A stretch of 64,000 nucleotides of DNA from Malacoraja senta. Taxonomy: Eukaryota. Positions 25,598 to 38,619 of this stretch are shown one piece after another. The stretch lies in NCBI GenBank assembly GCA_038087875.1, contig CM075998.1:3660001-3724000 (forward strand). The letters run 5' to 3'. The number at the start of each line of letters is the position of its first letter. The first letter of the stretch is position 1. The notes under the pieces were generated by a model, which saw only the letters and a program-made list of their open reading frames with translations, had not been told where the DNA came from and made no database searches. Position numbers and translations under genes: made by a program.

Positions 25598-25799
25598 TTT
25601 ATGTGTGAAGAAGGATCGGGAGATTTCATAGCTCGAGTGGATGAACCTCAGTCGTGCAATTATGTGCTAACAATACACACCACTCGTATCTGCCAACACC
25701 CTTACTTGCGCCCCACCATTGTCTCCAAGCCTCACCCAATTAAATGCCAGCCTGCTCTCAGCCCAGAGCAGTATGTTGAATATGTCAAAGCCCAAGTCT
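25598..25799 (+). CDS. os9: os9 exon 6 (FMCEEGSGDFIARVDEPQSCNYVLTIHTTRICQHP...VKAQV)
   Basis: aatag|...T|gtgagt, 202 nt; end of MRH domain. Confidence 0.96.
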
Positions 25800-27147
25800 G
25801 TGAGTAATGACATTTTAATACCTTCAATCTAACCAAGGTGGATTAACTAACGCACACAAGTTGACTTTTACAATGTTACATCTTGCAGTAAATGTTGTCC
25901 TTAGCTGTTATCTGTGCACTGTGGACAGCCTGATTGTATTCTTGTACAGTCTTTGATTGGATAGCATGCAAACAGAAGCTTTTCACTACACCTCGATACA
26001 CGTGACAATAATAATCTAAACTGAACATTGTTTATCTTAAGGTTTTATATTCTTTTGTTATGAAGTGTACTTTCAATTGCTGCCTTTCTGTAAGGAAGGT
26101 TAGTGCCAGTTTTGGCCAGTTTGTCCCTGGGAGGTTGCTGTGGGTTAGGGCTCTATTCTTGTGTTTCGAAGACTAAGATCTGACCTCATTGAAACATACA
26201 GAATTCTTAGAGGGCTTGATAGGTAGATAGAGAGAGGATGTTTTCCCAGGCTAAATAGTTTAGTAATAAGGGTCACACCATGTGGTAAGCCATTTAGAAT
26301 GGATAGCGTGAGAAAATGGTATTGAGATGGGTCAAAATGTAAAGCAATCAGGGAATTTATTGAGGGGCATGGGCATGAGGATTGAAGAATTGATTGTTAA
26401 CCACCTCCGATCACAATTGTTATAATTGTGCATGTCAGCCTTACTTGGATGTTGAACTTTTTCTTTAATATATAATTTACCTATCCTAATATTTCAAGTT
26501 TTTGGTCTTTGAGGGGAACAGTTAACTGGTATTGCAAACTTAGAATGAAAGAAAAAATAAATTATTCCCTCTTGAACAAAAATAATCGGCAAAGCAGAAT
26601 CCTCAAAATTCCACAGTGTGATAGTGAGAGCTTTTTTAAATTAACATTAAATAATTGAACTGCTCACACATTCAATAGGTGCAGGAGTAGGCCATTCGGC
26701 CCTTCGAGCCAGCACTGTCATTCAATGTGATCATGGCTGACTTCCCCAGACTCCTGAATTCAGAATTCTTCTCCATCCCTGAGGAGATGTTTTTTAAACC
26801 CTAGTACTTGGCAGACACGTGGTATTCATTGTTCTGTTGTTGATGCAGAGGTGTCTCTCCCTGACAACGTTATCAAATCCTACTTTGTACTTTACTACTT
26901 TCCCTTGAATGTTTTCTGCGCTGTGGCACCACGGGCAGTTTGCCGTCTCTCCAGTGGTCTTCATTCTCATCTGCGCAGGCAGCAAGCACCTTGTACCTTT
27001 TGGGGGGGGGGGGGGGGGGGGGGAGTCAGGAGTTGAGGCTCCTGCACTGTGTCCAGCTCGCAGTTGAATCCTCCTGACCAATGACAGTGACTTAACCCAA
27101 GCTCCTGTCCCAGTAACTTGCCCCTTCCTGAAGCTTAACGATGTCTA

Positions 27148-27651
27148 CACAATAGACAATAGGTACAGGAGTAGGCCATTAGGCCCTTCGAGCCCGCACC
27201 ACCATTCAATGTGATCATGGCTGATCATCCACAATCAGTACCCCGTTCCTGCCTTCTTCCCATATCCCCTGACTCCGCTATTTTTAAGAGCCCTATCTAG
27301 CTCTCTCTTGAAAGCATCCAGAGAACCTGCCTCCACCGCCCTCTGAGGCAGAGAATTCCACAGACTCACAACTCTCTGTGAGAAAAAGTGTTTCCTCGTC
27401 TCCGTTCTAAATGCCTTACTCCTCATTCTTAAACTGTGGCCCCTGGTTCTGGACTCCCCCAACATCGGGAAATGTTTCCTGCCTCTAGCGTGTCCAAGCC
27501 CTTAACAATCATATGTTTCAATGAGATGCCCTCTTATCCTTCTAAACTCCAGAGTGTACAAGCCCAGCTGCTCCATTCTCTCAGCATATGACAGTCCCGC
27601 CATCCCGGGAATTAACCTTGTAAACCTACGCTGCACTCCCTCAATAGCAAG
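27148..27651 (-). mobile_element. CR1 LINE 3' fragment
   Basis: SRTRGHSL...FFSQRVVSLWNSLP; (ACAATAG)n tail. Confidence 0.9.
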
Positions 27652-28132
27652 ACACCTTGGGCTCTAGTTCCTTAAAGAAGAGAAGCTTCTTTCAGGTGTT
27701 CTTCGTGGGATTGTACTGGTCTCCATCAGCTCCCCATACACTGTACCACCTGTTCTACTCTGTCTCATACCTTGTTTTTGTTTTCATTCACTTGATTATT
27801 CTTTATAGTTTATTTAAAACAAATAGATTGTCTTAACTTAAATATAATATTTAAACTCTCACCTTAGTTTGAAATGACTGCCTTGGTTAAAAGAAGTTGG
27901 TCACCAACAGCATTTACACTTGGACGGGTACATGGATAGGAACAGTTTAGTGGGATATCGACCAAATGTGTACAAATTAGACTAGTTTAGATGGGGCATC
28001 TTGGTTGGGTCAAAGGACTGTATGACTGAAGGCCCGGCAGTCCTATCTTTGGCAAAAGTCTGGTTGTTGATGAAGATGATGCTTTTTCCTGAGGTTGCCA
28101 GTATTGACTCTTTCTCCTGGTGCCACCTCTAG

Positions 28133-28303
28133 CTGACACCAAGCGCAAAGTGGAAAAAATCTCGGAAGAATTGAAAACCTTGGATGAAATGCTTTTGAAA
28201 GACCAAAATACACAGAGCAAGGAAGAGGCCAGTCTGACTCAGGAACCTGGTAACCAACCTGAGGAGCTTCCAGTCAGCAACGAGAGTATATTTGAATTGG
28301 AAG
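28133..28303 (+). CDS. os9: os9 exon 7 (SDTKRKVEKISEELKTL...IFELE)
   Basis: ctctag|...GAAG|gtatgt, phase 1-1. Confidence 0.9.
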
Positions 28304-28887
28304 GTATGTTAGAATCTGTAGATCTGTAATCTGTATTCTGAAGGGCATTATTCAGCTGAAATTCCAAGAAGTGTAGACCAAGATCCTCTTGCGTGTCAGA
28401 ACTCTACAGCGCGGAGCCTTAAATGTAAAATAAATAAAACAAGGTTTCATAGGGTTAGCAGGCTAGGAAGTAATGGGGACCTTTTAGCACTCTCCTTATC
28501 TCTTGGGTCTGTATTTAATGTTTGTTTTGTTCAATGTGAACAAGGGTGGCACAGCGATAGAGGTGCTGCCTTACAGTGCTTGCAGTGCCGGAGGCCCAGG
28601 CTCCATCCCGACTATGGGTATTGTCTGCACGGAATTTGTATGTTCTCCCCGTGACCATGTGGGTTTTCTCCAAGATCTTCGGTTTGCTCCCACACTCCGA
28701 CACCGAGGTCTTGAGGCAGGTAGTTGAGGCACGGACTATCGCAACGTTTAAGAAACAATTAGACCGGTATCATGGATAGGACAGGTTTAGAGGGATATGG
28801 AACAAACGCAGGCAGGTGGGACTAGTGTAGTTGGGACGTGTTGTCCGAAGATGGGCCAAAGGGCCTGTTTCCATGCTCTGACTCTAT

Positions 28888-29184
28888 TACTTACTGCCTA
28901 TTATGCCTCCTGGCATGTAGGGCAGCAATGAAGGCCCCCCACTCAGAGTTGATTCCTTCAGTTGCTGCTTCCATAACATATGTGTTTTACGAGACGGGGT
29001 TGTTAGCCCTGTGCTCAACCTCCAACCTGGAGGACCAGTGGATCGCTCTTCGTCCCGCCTCTACCCTTTGACCTGTCCAGCACGGGAGACCCTAACAGGA
29101 GACGAATCTCCCGCTGGCATAGCTCTAGGGGTCACTGAGACACACAAGCTCCCCACCATGACAAGGTTGCAATCCAACGGGGAG
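28888..29184 (-). mobile_element. bipartite non-autonomous RTE-derived element (5' UTR fused to 3' end)
   Basis: RTE-like 5' UTR motifs (ccttgtcatggtggggagc, tcctccaggttggaggttgagcacagggctaacaaccc) joined to gccttcattgctgccctacatgcc...(TAAG)n; TCTAT TSD. Confidence 0.65.
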
Positions 29185-29369
29185 TCTATATCAAAATGGG
29201 AGACAATTCTATGAGTAATGCAAGGATTCATTACAACAATCTGTTGTGATCACAACAGATGTGATATGTGCTGATCAACTAAACATTGCAGCCACCAACA
29301 CTAATATTTAACTTTTATACTGTCTGATTTAGAACTACAATTTCAGTTTATTTCGCAGTTTGTTGCTGC

Positions 29370-29722
29370 TGGTGCAGGAGTAGGCCATTTGGCTGTTCGC
29401 GCCAGCACCGCCATTCAATGTGATCATGGCTGATCATCCCCAATCAGTACCCCATTCCTGCCTTCTCCCCATATCCCCTGACTCCGCTATTTTTAAGAGC
29501 CCTATCTAGCTCTCTCTTGAAAGCATCCAGAGAACCGGCCTCCACCGCCCTCTGTGGCAGAGAATTCCACAGACTCGCCACTCTCCTTGAGAAAAAGTGT
29601 TTCCTCGCCTCTGTTCTAAATGGCTTACTCCTTATTCTTAAACTGTGTGTGGCCCCTGGTTCTGGACTCCCCCAACATCAGGAACATGTTTCCTGCCTAG
29701 AGTGTCCAAACCCTTAACAATC
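29370..29722 (-). mobile_element. CR1 LINE 3' fragment
   Basis: Near-identical to the 27148-27651 family. Confidence 0.88.
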
Positions 29723-29922
29723 TTTGATAGAAGATCAAAGACAAAGATAGAAGACTTGTTTCAGCTGTGTAGCAAATTCCAACCTTAAACCTTACATCAG
29801 AGAAATCTGAAATGGAAAATATGCTTATTTTCATACTCAATCTATTACACACACTGCATACAGTTTAAAGAACAACTCTGACAATGGACTAACAGTTGTA
29901 GGCTTGTTTGATTAACTCGCAG

Positions 29923-30041
29923 GAAGTGAAGCTTTCAATTCACCCGAGGCCATTGAGGAGGATGACTATGGTGAGGATTTCTGGAATAAAATCAGCAAAC
30001 CAGAGACTGTCGATCCCTTTTCAGAAGAAAAGCTAGAAGAG
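29923..30041 (+). CDS. os9: os9 exon 8 (GSEAFNSPEAIEEDDYGEDFWNKISKPETVDPFSEEKLEE)
   Basis: cgcag|...GAG|gtattg; DFW motif as in human OS9. Confidence 0.88.
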
Positions 30042-30481
30042 GTATTGTCAAGATTTTTTTATTTATTTTTCCCATTGAACTGTTATGTTTGGAGAGGAGC
30101 AGATGCTATAATTGTACAAAAATCAGTGCAAGTGAAGTCAGTGAGTGTGAAAGCTGATAAATTCCAGGAACCTGATTGACATCCTAGAGTTTTGAAAGAA
30201 GTGGGTTGAGAGGTAGTGGATGCTTTGGTTGTCTTCCAAAGGTCCATAGATTCTGGCGCCAAAAACAAGGTGCTGGAAGAACTCAACGGTATCTGGCAGC
30301 ACTTGTGGAGGGAATGCATAGACAATGTCGTCTAGAGCTTGGACCCATATGTCCTTTCCCTGCACACTGGACCAACCAACAAATGATTGATTTCATTCCT
30401 ATTAAGTTGTGCATTGAAGACCTTTTCCTTGGTGGTTCAGGTTGTTTAATTCAGCTGAGGTTAAACGTTGTAGTTTTTAAC

Positions 30482-30565
30482 GTGTCAGTGTGTGTGTCCT
30501 TGTGTGTGTCTGTGTCCGTGTCCGTCTGTGTATGTGTGTCCGTGTCTCTGTCCGTGTCTGTGTCC
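30482..30565. repeat. TG-rich microsatellite (GTGTCY-like)
   Basis: Direct reading. Confidence 0.9.
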
Positions 30566-30618
30566 TTCAAGTCCTTTACTTGTGATTTGCAGTAATGATA
30601 AATGCTTTTATTTATTAG

Positions 30619-30679
30619 GCTGACTCTAAATTGAGCAAAACGGTTCAAACTGGGGAAGATGATCTTCTGGATGACCAAG
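30619..30679 (+). CDS. os9: os9 exon 9 (ADSKLSKTVQTGEDDLLDDQ)
   Basis: ttattag|...CAAG|gtaaaa; 61 nt supplies the phase 0 to 1 bridge needed between exons 8 and 10. Confidence 0.8.
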
Positions 30680-31030
30680 GTAAAAAAAAAAGTTGAGCAG
30701 CCAATTCCAGCTTCCCTTTTCTAGCTGTGCACTAGTGCTATTCCCATTTATCCATGACCAGATCTCAGACGACATTACTGTCCTTCAGTTTCAAAAGGTA
30801 GTGCATTGCACCCTTTACTTCTGTGAATAAATAAATATCTATACCCTTTACAAGATTTAGGTTTTACTATATGGAGGTATACTGTAAATCCATCATCATA
30901 AAGCTTATTTATTCCATTTTAAAGTTTTAAAATTTTTATATTAGAATTATTTTAGATTTCCATGTAATCTTTGCAAAGCTTTGTAATTCTTTTCTCCGCA
31001 CCAATTCTCTCCCGCTCTTTTTGTTTTCAG

Positions 31031-31116
31031 GAAATCAGAAAATGCAGTTCAGAATAATACGGAATCCCGATGATCTTGCAAAATTAGTTCAAGAATTAAA
31101 AGACCAAACTGAAAAG
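31031..31116 (+). CDS. os9: os9 exon 10 (GNQKMQFRIIRNPDDLAKLVQELKDQTEK)
   Basis: ttttcag|...AAG|gtactg; resembles human VQVKVIRSPADL. Confidence 0.92.
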
Positions 31117-32055
31117 GTACTGAATATAATCCTGTCCATTCCATTCTCAAACGTTGATCTTGAAACAAAGAAATGTCTGCAATGTAATTTCACTCCTCTT
31201 CATGATGGTGTCCTGCTTTGACCATTATAATTTGCTTAACGACATTTTGTGGCAGATTAATGGAGTCCCATTTCACTGCTGCAATCACAGAACCAAATGA
31301 CATGACCACAGAATAGTCACAGCTGGAAAGGACACCCTTCTGCCTGTTGAGTATGCACCAGCTCTTTCTCAGGACAATCCAGCTAGTCCCATTGCCCTGG
31401 GATTCATGACCAGATCCACCTTCATTCTCAGCTTGGGTTTAGATCTGCCTGCTTGTAGCCTTTATAACAACCGACTCGACCTGAATATGGATGACATATC
31501 ATTGTAAGCAGGGTCTTGGTTGAATGCATACCTAATATTCTCCCTCATCCCACCCCAACCCCCACTGCTGAGTTTAAATGAACCAAGTTATCATGGCCTG
31601 TATGGGTGAGAATAATTGCTCAAATATCCAAATGAGCTTTCATTTCTGCGCCCCCTCCTGTCCTGTAGAGTTAACACATTTAGTAAAAAATTTAACTCTG
31701 TACTGGCATTTTTTACTTTGAATTACACTAACTCCCATTGTGAGTTCTCCATATTTTGAGACTTGGACTGAAATCTCAAGACTATTTTGAATGGAAATAG
31801 ATTGTAACTTTTTGATTTGCGTTTATAGCATCAGAAATAGTTTTGCTGAAACTAATGGTCAGGGAACAAACTCTTGGTGTTACTTTGCATGCTACGTTAC
31901 AACCTCCGACCATAGAATTGTTGTTCGACAAATTGTTCGGTTGACGTGCTTAAATCGTCGCTTAAGTTTTCATTTTGCCTGGGTGGTTGCGTACGGTGGT
32001 CAGCTGGTGTGTCTGTTAGAATCGAAGCTAATTTGTGCTTTCTGGCGGGTGAAAG

Positions 32056-32289
32056 CGGAAAGGAGAGGACAAGGATCCGACCGAGAGCTCTGCACAATCT
32101 CCTGAGGACCGGGCTGAACAAGACTCCTCGGAAAAGCAAGAGGAGACGGTCGATGATGAAGAGAATGAGCTCCTGAAAGACTTTGAAAAGGAACTGGAGG
32201 AAGTGTCTCTACCTAAATCAAAAATGTCTGAAATTAAAAGGGAAGTCAAGGAAGAAATGGAGAAGGAGTTTGAAAACCTTATTGATGAA
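32056..32289 (+). CDS. os9: os9 exon 11 (acidic; RKGEDKDP...LLKDFEKELEE...EMEKEFENLIDE)
   Basis: An in-frame TGA at 32050 limits the start; first AG after a CTAAT branch-like motif; donor GAA|gtgagt. The 5' boundary is less certain. Confidence 0.85.
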
Positions 32290-32966
32290 GTGAGTAATTA
32301 ATATGGGCATAAATAGTAAAATCTTTGGGTTGATTAACTTGACATACCCTGAGAATTTTTACATTTGGACCCGTGTCTGTATGATGGATGACGTATGTAA
32401 TACTCGTGTTGCGGCATTGTGAATAGAATTGCAGTGATGTAGGTGCTTTGGGGCAAGAGGATGATCAAGCGGCAATTAAAAATCTTGCAGATGCTAAGGT
32501 TTCAGGGTTCGTTATTGTCTAAAGGTGGATGTGGGCAGAATTAGTAATGTGTCCAGAGTGGTGCCTTGACATTAAGATCGTATGTAATAGAGCATGCAAT
32601 CAGGACCTGAAGCCCCCAAGTTGAACTCTGAATTGTTTGCTCAACTTGCAGTTGTATTATAAAATTGAATGAATGCCACTTTATGAATGGTACTTCATTG
32701 TCACATGTACCTGGGTACAGTGAAATGCCTTATTTTGCATACAGCCTAGGCAGTACATGCGTGTCGCCACGTTTTGGCGCCGACAATGTTACAAAAGTAC
32801 CGATCAGTCATATCTGCTGCGTGCCACCGCAATGGCAGCAGCCCCCCCCCACGCCACCGGGTCCCCCTGAAGGTTAAGGCTCTTGTGAAAATAATAAAAT
32901 ATCCTTGTCCTTTCTGCAGCAAATTGCTAGAAATTGCTCTTCGCTAGTGTGCAAAAGCTTCCTTAA

Positions 32967-33297
32967 GGGGCTGTCCCACTGTACGAGCTAATTCAAGAGC
33001 TCTCCCGAGTAAAAAAATAATAATTAAAAAAAAAATCAAACTCGTGGTAAGCACGTAGAATGTACATAGCTGGTACGTCGGAGCTCGGGGACGTCTCTTA
33101 GCGGCTCGTAACGCCAACGGCAGGTACTCGGGAAACGCGGTAAGCTCGTGAAGACTCGTGAAGATTTGTCAACATGTTGAAAAATGTCCACGTGAGCCCC
33201 GAGTACCTACGAGCGGCTATTACCGTAATTCTCCGAGTTCGAATCGGGGGAAACTCGGGGAGAACTCTTGAATTAGCTCGTACAGTGGGACAGCCCC
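32967..33297. mobile_element. MITE, same family as 14955-15309
   Basis: GGGGCTGTCCCACTGTACGAGCTAATTCAAGAG ... CTCTTGAATTAGCTCGTACAGTGGGACAGCCCC. Confidence 0.88.
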
Positions 33298-33462
33298 GTA
33301 ACTCGTAGAATGTCCCACATTGCACCTTCCAGCCAAATTGCCGCCTTGCTGGTCAATGATTTGTGTTGCGTAATGTTTTGTGTGCTTGGTGGCTAGAAAG
33401 CGGAACTGAACGTAGATTTACATCATTATACTGATGAAATTGTGTGTGACAATGTTTCTCAG

Positions 33463-33643
33463 GCACAAGATGAGCTTGAAGCAGAGGGTCTCAAAGGGGA
33501 ATTTGATCGCAATCAAGCCTCCAAGACTTTGGTTACGACCCTAAACAAACTCATTGATAAGCTTGAAGACAAAGAAACTTCGAACAAAGAGGACAGTGAC
33601 CCAGCCAAGGGTAGTCCCAGTCACTCTCCCAAAAAAACACCAG
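33463..33643 (+). CDS. os9: os9 exon 12 (AQDELEAEGLKGEFDRNQASKTLVTTLNKLIDKLE...)
   Basis: tctcag|...CCAG|gtacaa; TLNKLI motif. Confidence 0.93.
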
Positions 33644-35102
33644 GTACAAGGCTTTTTTTTTTTTTGTTAGTACAAGTCCACAGACCTCGCTTTTACCACC
33701 CTCACATCCTGCCCTCTTTCTGATAGTCCCTGATAGGGACAACAGTTGGACCCAAACTCTCTCTATCAGCAAATATCTGGTGCTTTGTTTCAACAGAGAA
33801 AACATTGCTGATGGGCGTTAAATCCAATGTCATTACCAGCTTGGCTGACATTGATAACTTGCTGGAGACCAGGGATCAAAGCCTTACCAGTCAGTGTGAT
33901 TATTGCCGTCATTTGGGCCATTTTTCCTGTATTTTTTCAGAGCCCTGGAGGCAATAGTTACAACTTATTTACTGAGGGTCTATGTATTAAGGATCTAAGG
34001 AAAATCTTTGCGGAGAAACATTGCATATGGCAAAACCATTGAGGAAAGATGCAAAGTATTATTTGAATATTATTTACATATTATATGTCAAGTTTACAGT
34101 AAAAGTCATGGACAGGGTAATAATGGATAGAAAAGGACTTAAAATTAGGAGCCGTGCTGAAAGTTGGGTGGTTTCCAAATGGATTGCCAACCCAGGTTAA
34201 AAATAGCAGAGGCAACCTTTCCATTCTCAATGGAATAATGTTGCAGGGTTACTGCTATTTGACTAATGTTCAAGAACATCAACCAGGAAATTGAGTCGAG
34301 TGTCAGTGATGCGGCAGTTGCTGGAAATCATTCTTAGGATTATAATGAAGCTCTATTTAAACATTGAAAAAGTATGTATGAAGGAACTACAGATGCTGGT
34401 TTACACCGAATATAGGCACAAAATGTCGGAGTAAATCAGCGGGTCGGGCAGCATCTCTGGTGAGAAGATAATGGGTCATGACCCCAAACATCAGCTGTTC
34501 TTTTTCTCCACAGATGCTGCAAGACCCGCTGAGTTACTCCAGCTTTTTGTGTCGATCACTGAAATAGTAGCCAGCATTGTATTCAGTCTCTCCTCCACCA
34601 TTCAATAAGATTGCAGTTCACCTATACTTTACTTTTTTTTTAATCTCTCTGCACTTTTTGCAGTACTTTAGTATCCAAAATCTGTTTGTCTTTAACATAG
34701 AGCATCCGCAACTCTGTCGGTTGGAGAATTGCAAATACCTGTTACTCAAAATTTGAGTGAAGAATTTTTTAAAGACTGGTGATGCCTGTTTGGTCGTGAG
34801 TAGTCGCCCAAAGAGTCGTACCTTTTTCTGGTCGCTGCTGGATTTTCAACATGTTTAAAATTTTCAGCAACCTGCTTGCGACTGTGACAGGTGCTGGCAA
34901 GTCGCCGAAAAAATCGTGGGACAGGCCCTTTAGTGATTCAGTTTTATCTCCAACTATTTTTAAATCACTGGCAGTCCGTATTTCACATTTTATTTGATGA
35001 GTACATGGTGTTTAAATGTGATCCTGGGATTTGAGTGTTGTTGGTTTTCAATTTAAAGATCGCCTTTCAACCTTTTGCCATTGATTACTTGCTGCATTTC
35101 AG

Positions 35103-35276
35103 AAACTGATGAAGAGACTGAAGGGCACGTTAAAGTCCGAGTGACAAAAATCAACCCAAGCAGTCCACTGCGTAAAGAGATGAAAGTGCGTGAAATGAGC
35201 AGCACAGATCCCCAGCTCAGGCAGATTCAGAATGTGGTGCAAGAGCAGTTGGAGAAAGCGGGATTGAAAGCTGAAG
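35103..35276 (+). CDS. os9: os9 exon 13 (ETDEETEGHVKVRVTKI...PQLRQIQNVVQEQLEKAGLKAE)
   Basis: tttcag|...GAAG|gtagtt, 174 nt, phase 1-1. Confidence 0.93.
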
Positions 35277-36969
35277 GTAGTTTTGCAAGCTCATTATTTG
35301 TACTGACTCAACAAATCTTCCACAGCCCCTTTAGTCTGACGGAAAGGAAGTGGTTCTTTTCCACGAGGGAGTGGACAGTCTCCTTCAGAGCCCCTCTGTG
35401 TGCGGTGGTCAACTTCCCTGTCTGTGGCCTCAATTTTCAACTGGCCCAGAATGCTTGAATGAATAGTTGCCAGCCACAGGGGCGTCTGAAGTGAAGCGAG
35501 CTACGCTTTCATCAAGGGGACACAAGTTGGAATTGTATGTGTCATAAGGACACTTGATGGGGTGGGAAATTGGATAATGGCGCACTCCGATTCCTATATC
35601 ATTGTGACAAAAGTACCCTTTCTCCTTCAGCGGCCTGTAGCCTTTGACGCAGTTGACCACACCATTGTCCTCTGATATCCCTCTGCCCATGGGGCAACAT
35701 TTGTTCCATTTGCACCAGGGCATGTGAATACTTAGCCACAAATGAATGAATAAGTTTATTGGCCATCTTGCCATGGCCCAAGAGTCACCAGTAATGGCTT
35801 CTCTTCCTGTTCCTGCACCTTCGTCCCCGAAACATTGATGCACATATCACCCAGCTTTATTTGCCATGAGCTCTCGTGACCTCTTCACTGCCTCTATTTT
35901 CAGACTCGTTGTCCAGCATCTAATATTGGATGAGCAAAATTGCTTGCAACCAAATACTGGAAAGTCTAAAATCCTTATTAACTCCATTCCTTGCCCACTG
36001 ACTTCATCCCATTTATTTGAGTTTCCCTATTGGCTTCAAGTTGTAACATATACCCAGCACATAGAACAGCACGGGAACAGACCCTATGGCCCACAATGTC
36101 TGTGCTGAACACAATGCCAAGTTGCGCTCATCTCTACTTCCTGCTCGTGATCTGTACCCTTCGATTCCCTTCATATCCATGTGTCTATCCAAAAGCCTGT
36201 TAAATGCCAGTATCATATCCACCTCCACCACCACTCTCAACAGCGTGTTCCAGTCACCCACCTCTAAATATATAACCTGCCCCGCACATCGGGTTTCGGC
36301 CCGAAACGTTGCCTATTTCCTTCGCTCCATAGATGCTGCTGCACCTGCTGAGTTTCTCCAGCACTTTTGTTTTCCTTTAAACTATGGCCCTCTCAACTTA
36401 AAGCTCTGCCCTCAAATCATTGACATTTCTACCTTGTGAAAAAGGTTCTGACTACCCTATCTTTCCCCCTCATAATTTTGCATATTACTATCGGGTACAA
36501 TCCAAGTTTGTTCAACTGCTAAGTGTTAATAATTACAGCATCACCAGTAGGTGTGACATGCACTGTGGGGCCCAATGTGAGACTGTACATTGTCCTGTAT
36601 TTCACCAGTGTGCCTTACTTCCCACACTGTTCATCTTTCCTCCGCCTCTTCCCCGCTGTAGTGCACAAGTAATTTGAGAAATTAGGGCACAAGCCCAATG
36701 AGGAAGCCTTCAGTTTGGTCCAAGAATATCACGTATGCAGTCACGCTGACCTGGATTTGAAAGCACCGTTTACAGTTGTATTGATCTGAATGTACTTTGA
36801 TACTCATTGCATCACATTGTCAAGTAGCAGCGGGCAGGTGGAGTGAAGCAAAATGTTGGCCGAGAAATGGGATGGGATATTGATTTCATATCGGATAGTG
36901 GTGACATAACAGTAGGTTCCTATTCTTTATGATCAAAGACTACACACTTCTGCCTCACTGCCACGGCTG

Positions 36970-37232
36970 TTTGGTTTAGAGATACAGCGTGACAACAGGC
37001 GCTTCGACCCACAGAGTTCACACCGACCAACGTTCACCCCGTACACTAGTTCTACCCGACACACAAGGAACAAATTAACAAAGCCAATTAACCTACAAAC
37101 CTGCACGCCTTTGGAGTGTGTGAGGAAACTCACGGGGGGAACGTACAAACTCCATACAGACAGCACCCATGGTCAGGATCAAACCTGGGTCTCTGGCGCT
37201 GTAAGGCAGCAACTCTACATGTACACCACCAT
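36970..37232 (-). mobile_element. tRNA-derived SINE copy
   Basis: Reverse complement of the 28-324 family. Confidence 0.8.
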
Positions 37233-37812
37233 GTTGATGCTGTTTAATAGGTTTTGCCCCTGATTCCACTAGCCAGTGAAGAGTGATGGATATTTCCTGA
37301 AAGTGTTTTCTGGTTCTATTTGTTGGAAATGTTTTAACAGTGCATCGTAGCGTCCACGTTTCACTTGATCTGTAGATGTATGCATGTCATTTATTCTTTC
37401 ATAGATTTTAACTGATGTTGACAGTCGCCTGAAAAATCGCCTAAGTGGGACATGCCCATTAAGATTTTTGGCTTTTCAGAGAAAATAAATCAGTGCCGCC
37501 AAGTAAAATAGCATTGAAAGGTTAGAGCGGGTGAAGCATTGATAGACACGGGTCTAATTACATGATGAAAATCGCACAACGTAATATTCACAGGACTGTA
37601 TTAAACTAATGTAAATCCTTTCAGCTCTGACCTGAAATAGCTCTTAGCAATCAAGTACATATTTAGGGATTTGAGAAAACATTTAAATATTTTGCAGCTT
37701 GCTATAATGTACCGTGGAAATTGAAGCATTGCTAACATAAAATAAATTGGAATAAACTTTCAAGGATGGATGATGGCAATCACTTGTGCCTAACCACTGG
37801 CTTTTCCTTCAG

Positions 37813-37928
37813 GCAAAATTGAAGTGAAGATTGTCACAACTGGATCACTTGGGGATGATGATGACGATATGCATTGGCTATCTGAAGAAGACACCAAGTC
37901 CTTCCGAGAGCTTCTCATCAACTTACTG
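37813..37928 (+). CDS. os9: os9 exon 14 (GKIEVKIVTTGSLGDDDDDMHWLSEEDTKSFRELLINLL)
   Basis: ccttcag|...CTG|gtacgg. Confidence 0.95.
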
Positions 37929-38030
37929 GTACGGTTTGTTCCATAGAGAGCAAACTTTAAGGGAATCTGAAATTGTAATGGTTGATGGAGACACAAGGAA
38001 CTACAGGTGCTAGAATTTTGAGCAAAACAC

Positions 38031-38619
38031 AGTGCTGAAGTAACTCAGTGGGTCAGGCAGCATCTGTGGAGAACATGGATAGGTGACGTTTCACAGAGTG
38101 CTGGAGTAACTCAGCGGGTCAGGCAGCATCTGTGGAGAACATGGATAGGTGACGTTTCACAGAGTGCTGGAGTAACTCAGCGGGTCAGGCAGCATCTGTG
38201 GAGAACATGGATAGGTGACGTTTCACAGAGTGCTGGAGTAACTCAGCGGGTCAGGCAGCATCTGTGGAGAACATGGATAGGTGACGTTTCACAGAGTGCT
38301 GGAGTAACTCAGCGGGTCAGGCAGCATCTGTGGAGAACATGGATAGGTGACGTTTCACAGAGTGCTGGAGTAACTCAGTGGGTCAGGCAGCATCTGTGGA
38401 GAACATGGATAGGTGACGTTTCACAGAGTGCTGGAGTAACTCAGCGGGTCAGGCAGCATCTGGAGAACTAGGATAGGTGACGTTTCACAGAGTGCTGGAG
38501 TAACTCAGCGGGTCAGGCAGCATCTGTGGAGAACATGGATAGGTGACGTTTCACAGAGTGCTGGAGTAACTCAGCGGGTCAGGCAGCATCTGTGGAGAAC
38601 TAGGATAGGTGACGTTTCA
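38031..38619. repeat. 66-bp tandem array, 9 copies, in os9 intron 14
   Basis: Unit AGTGCTGGAGTAACTCAGCGGGTCAGGCAGCATCTGTGGAGAACATGGATAGGTGACGTTTCACAG. Confidence 0.97.

Noticed and set aside
28990..29184. Twister or HDV-like ribozyme in the RTE 5' UTR
   Set aside because: Could not identify the conserved core by eye; needs a covariance-model search
38031..38619. CRISPR-like regular array
   Set aside because: Head-to-tail near-identical units with no unique spacers and no cas genes; eukaryotic intron
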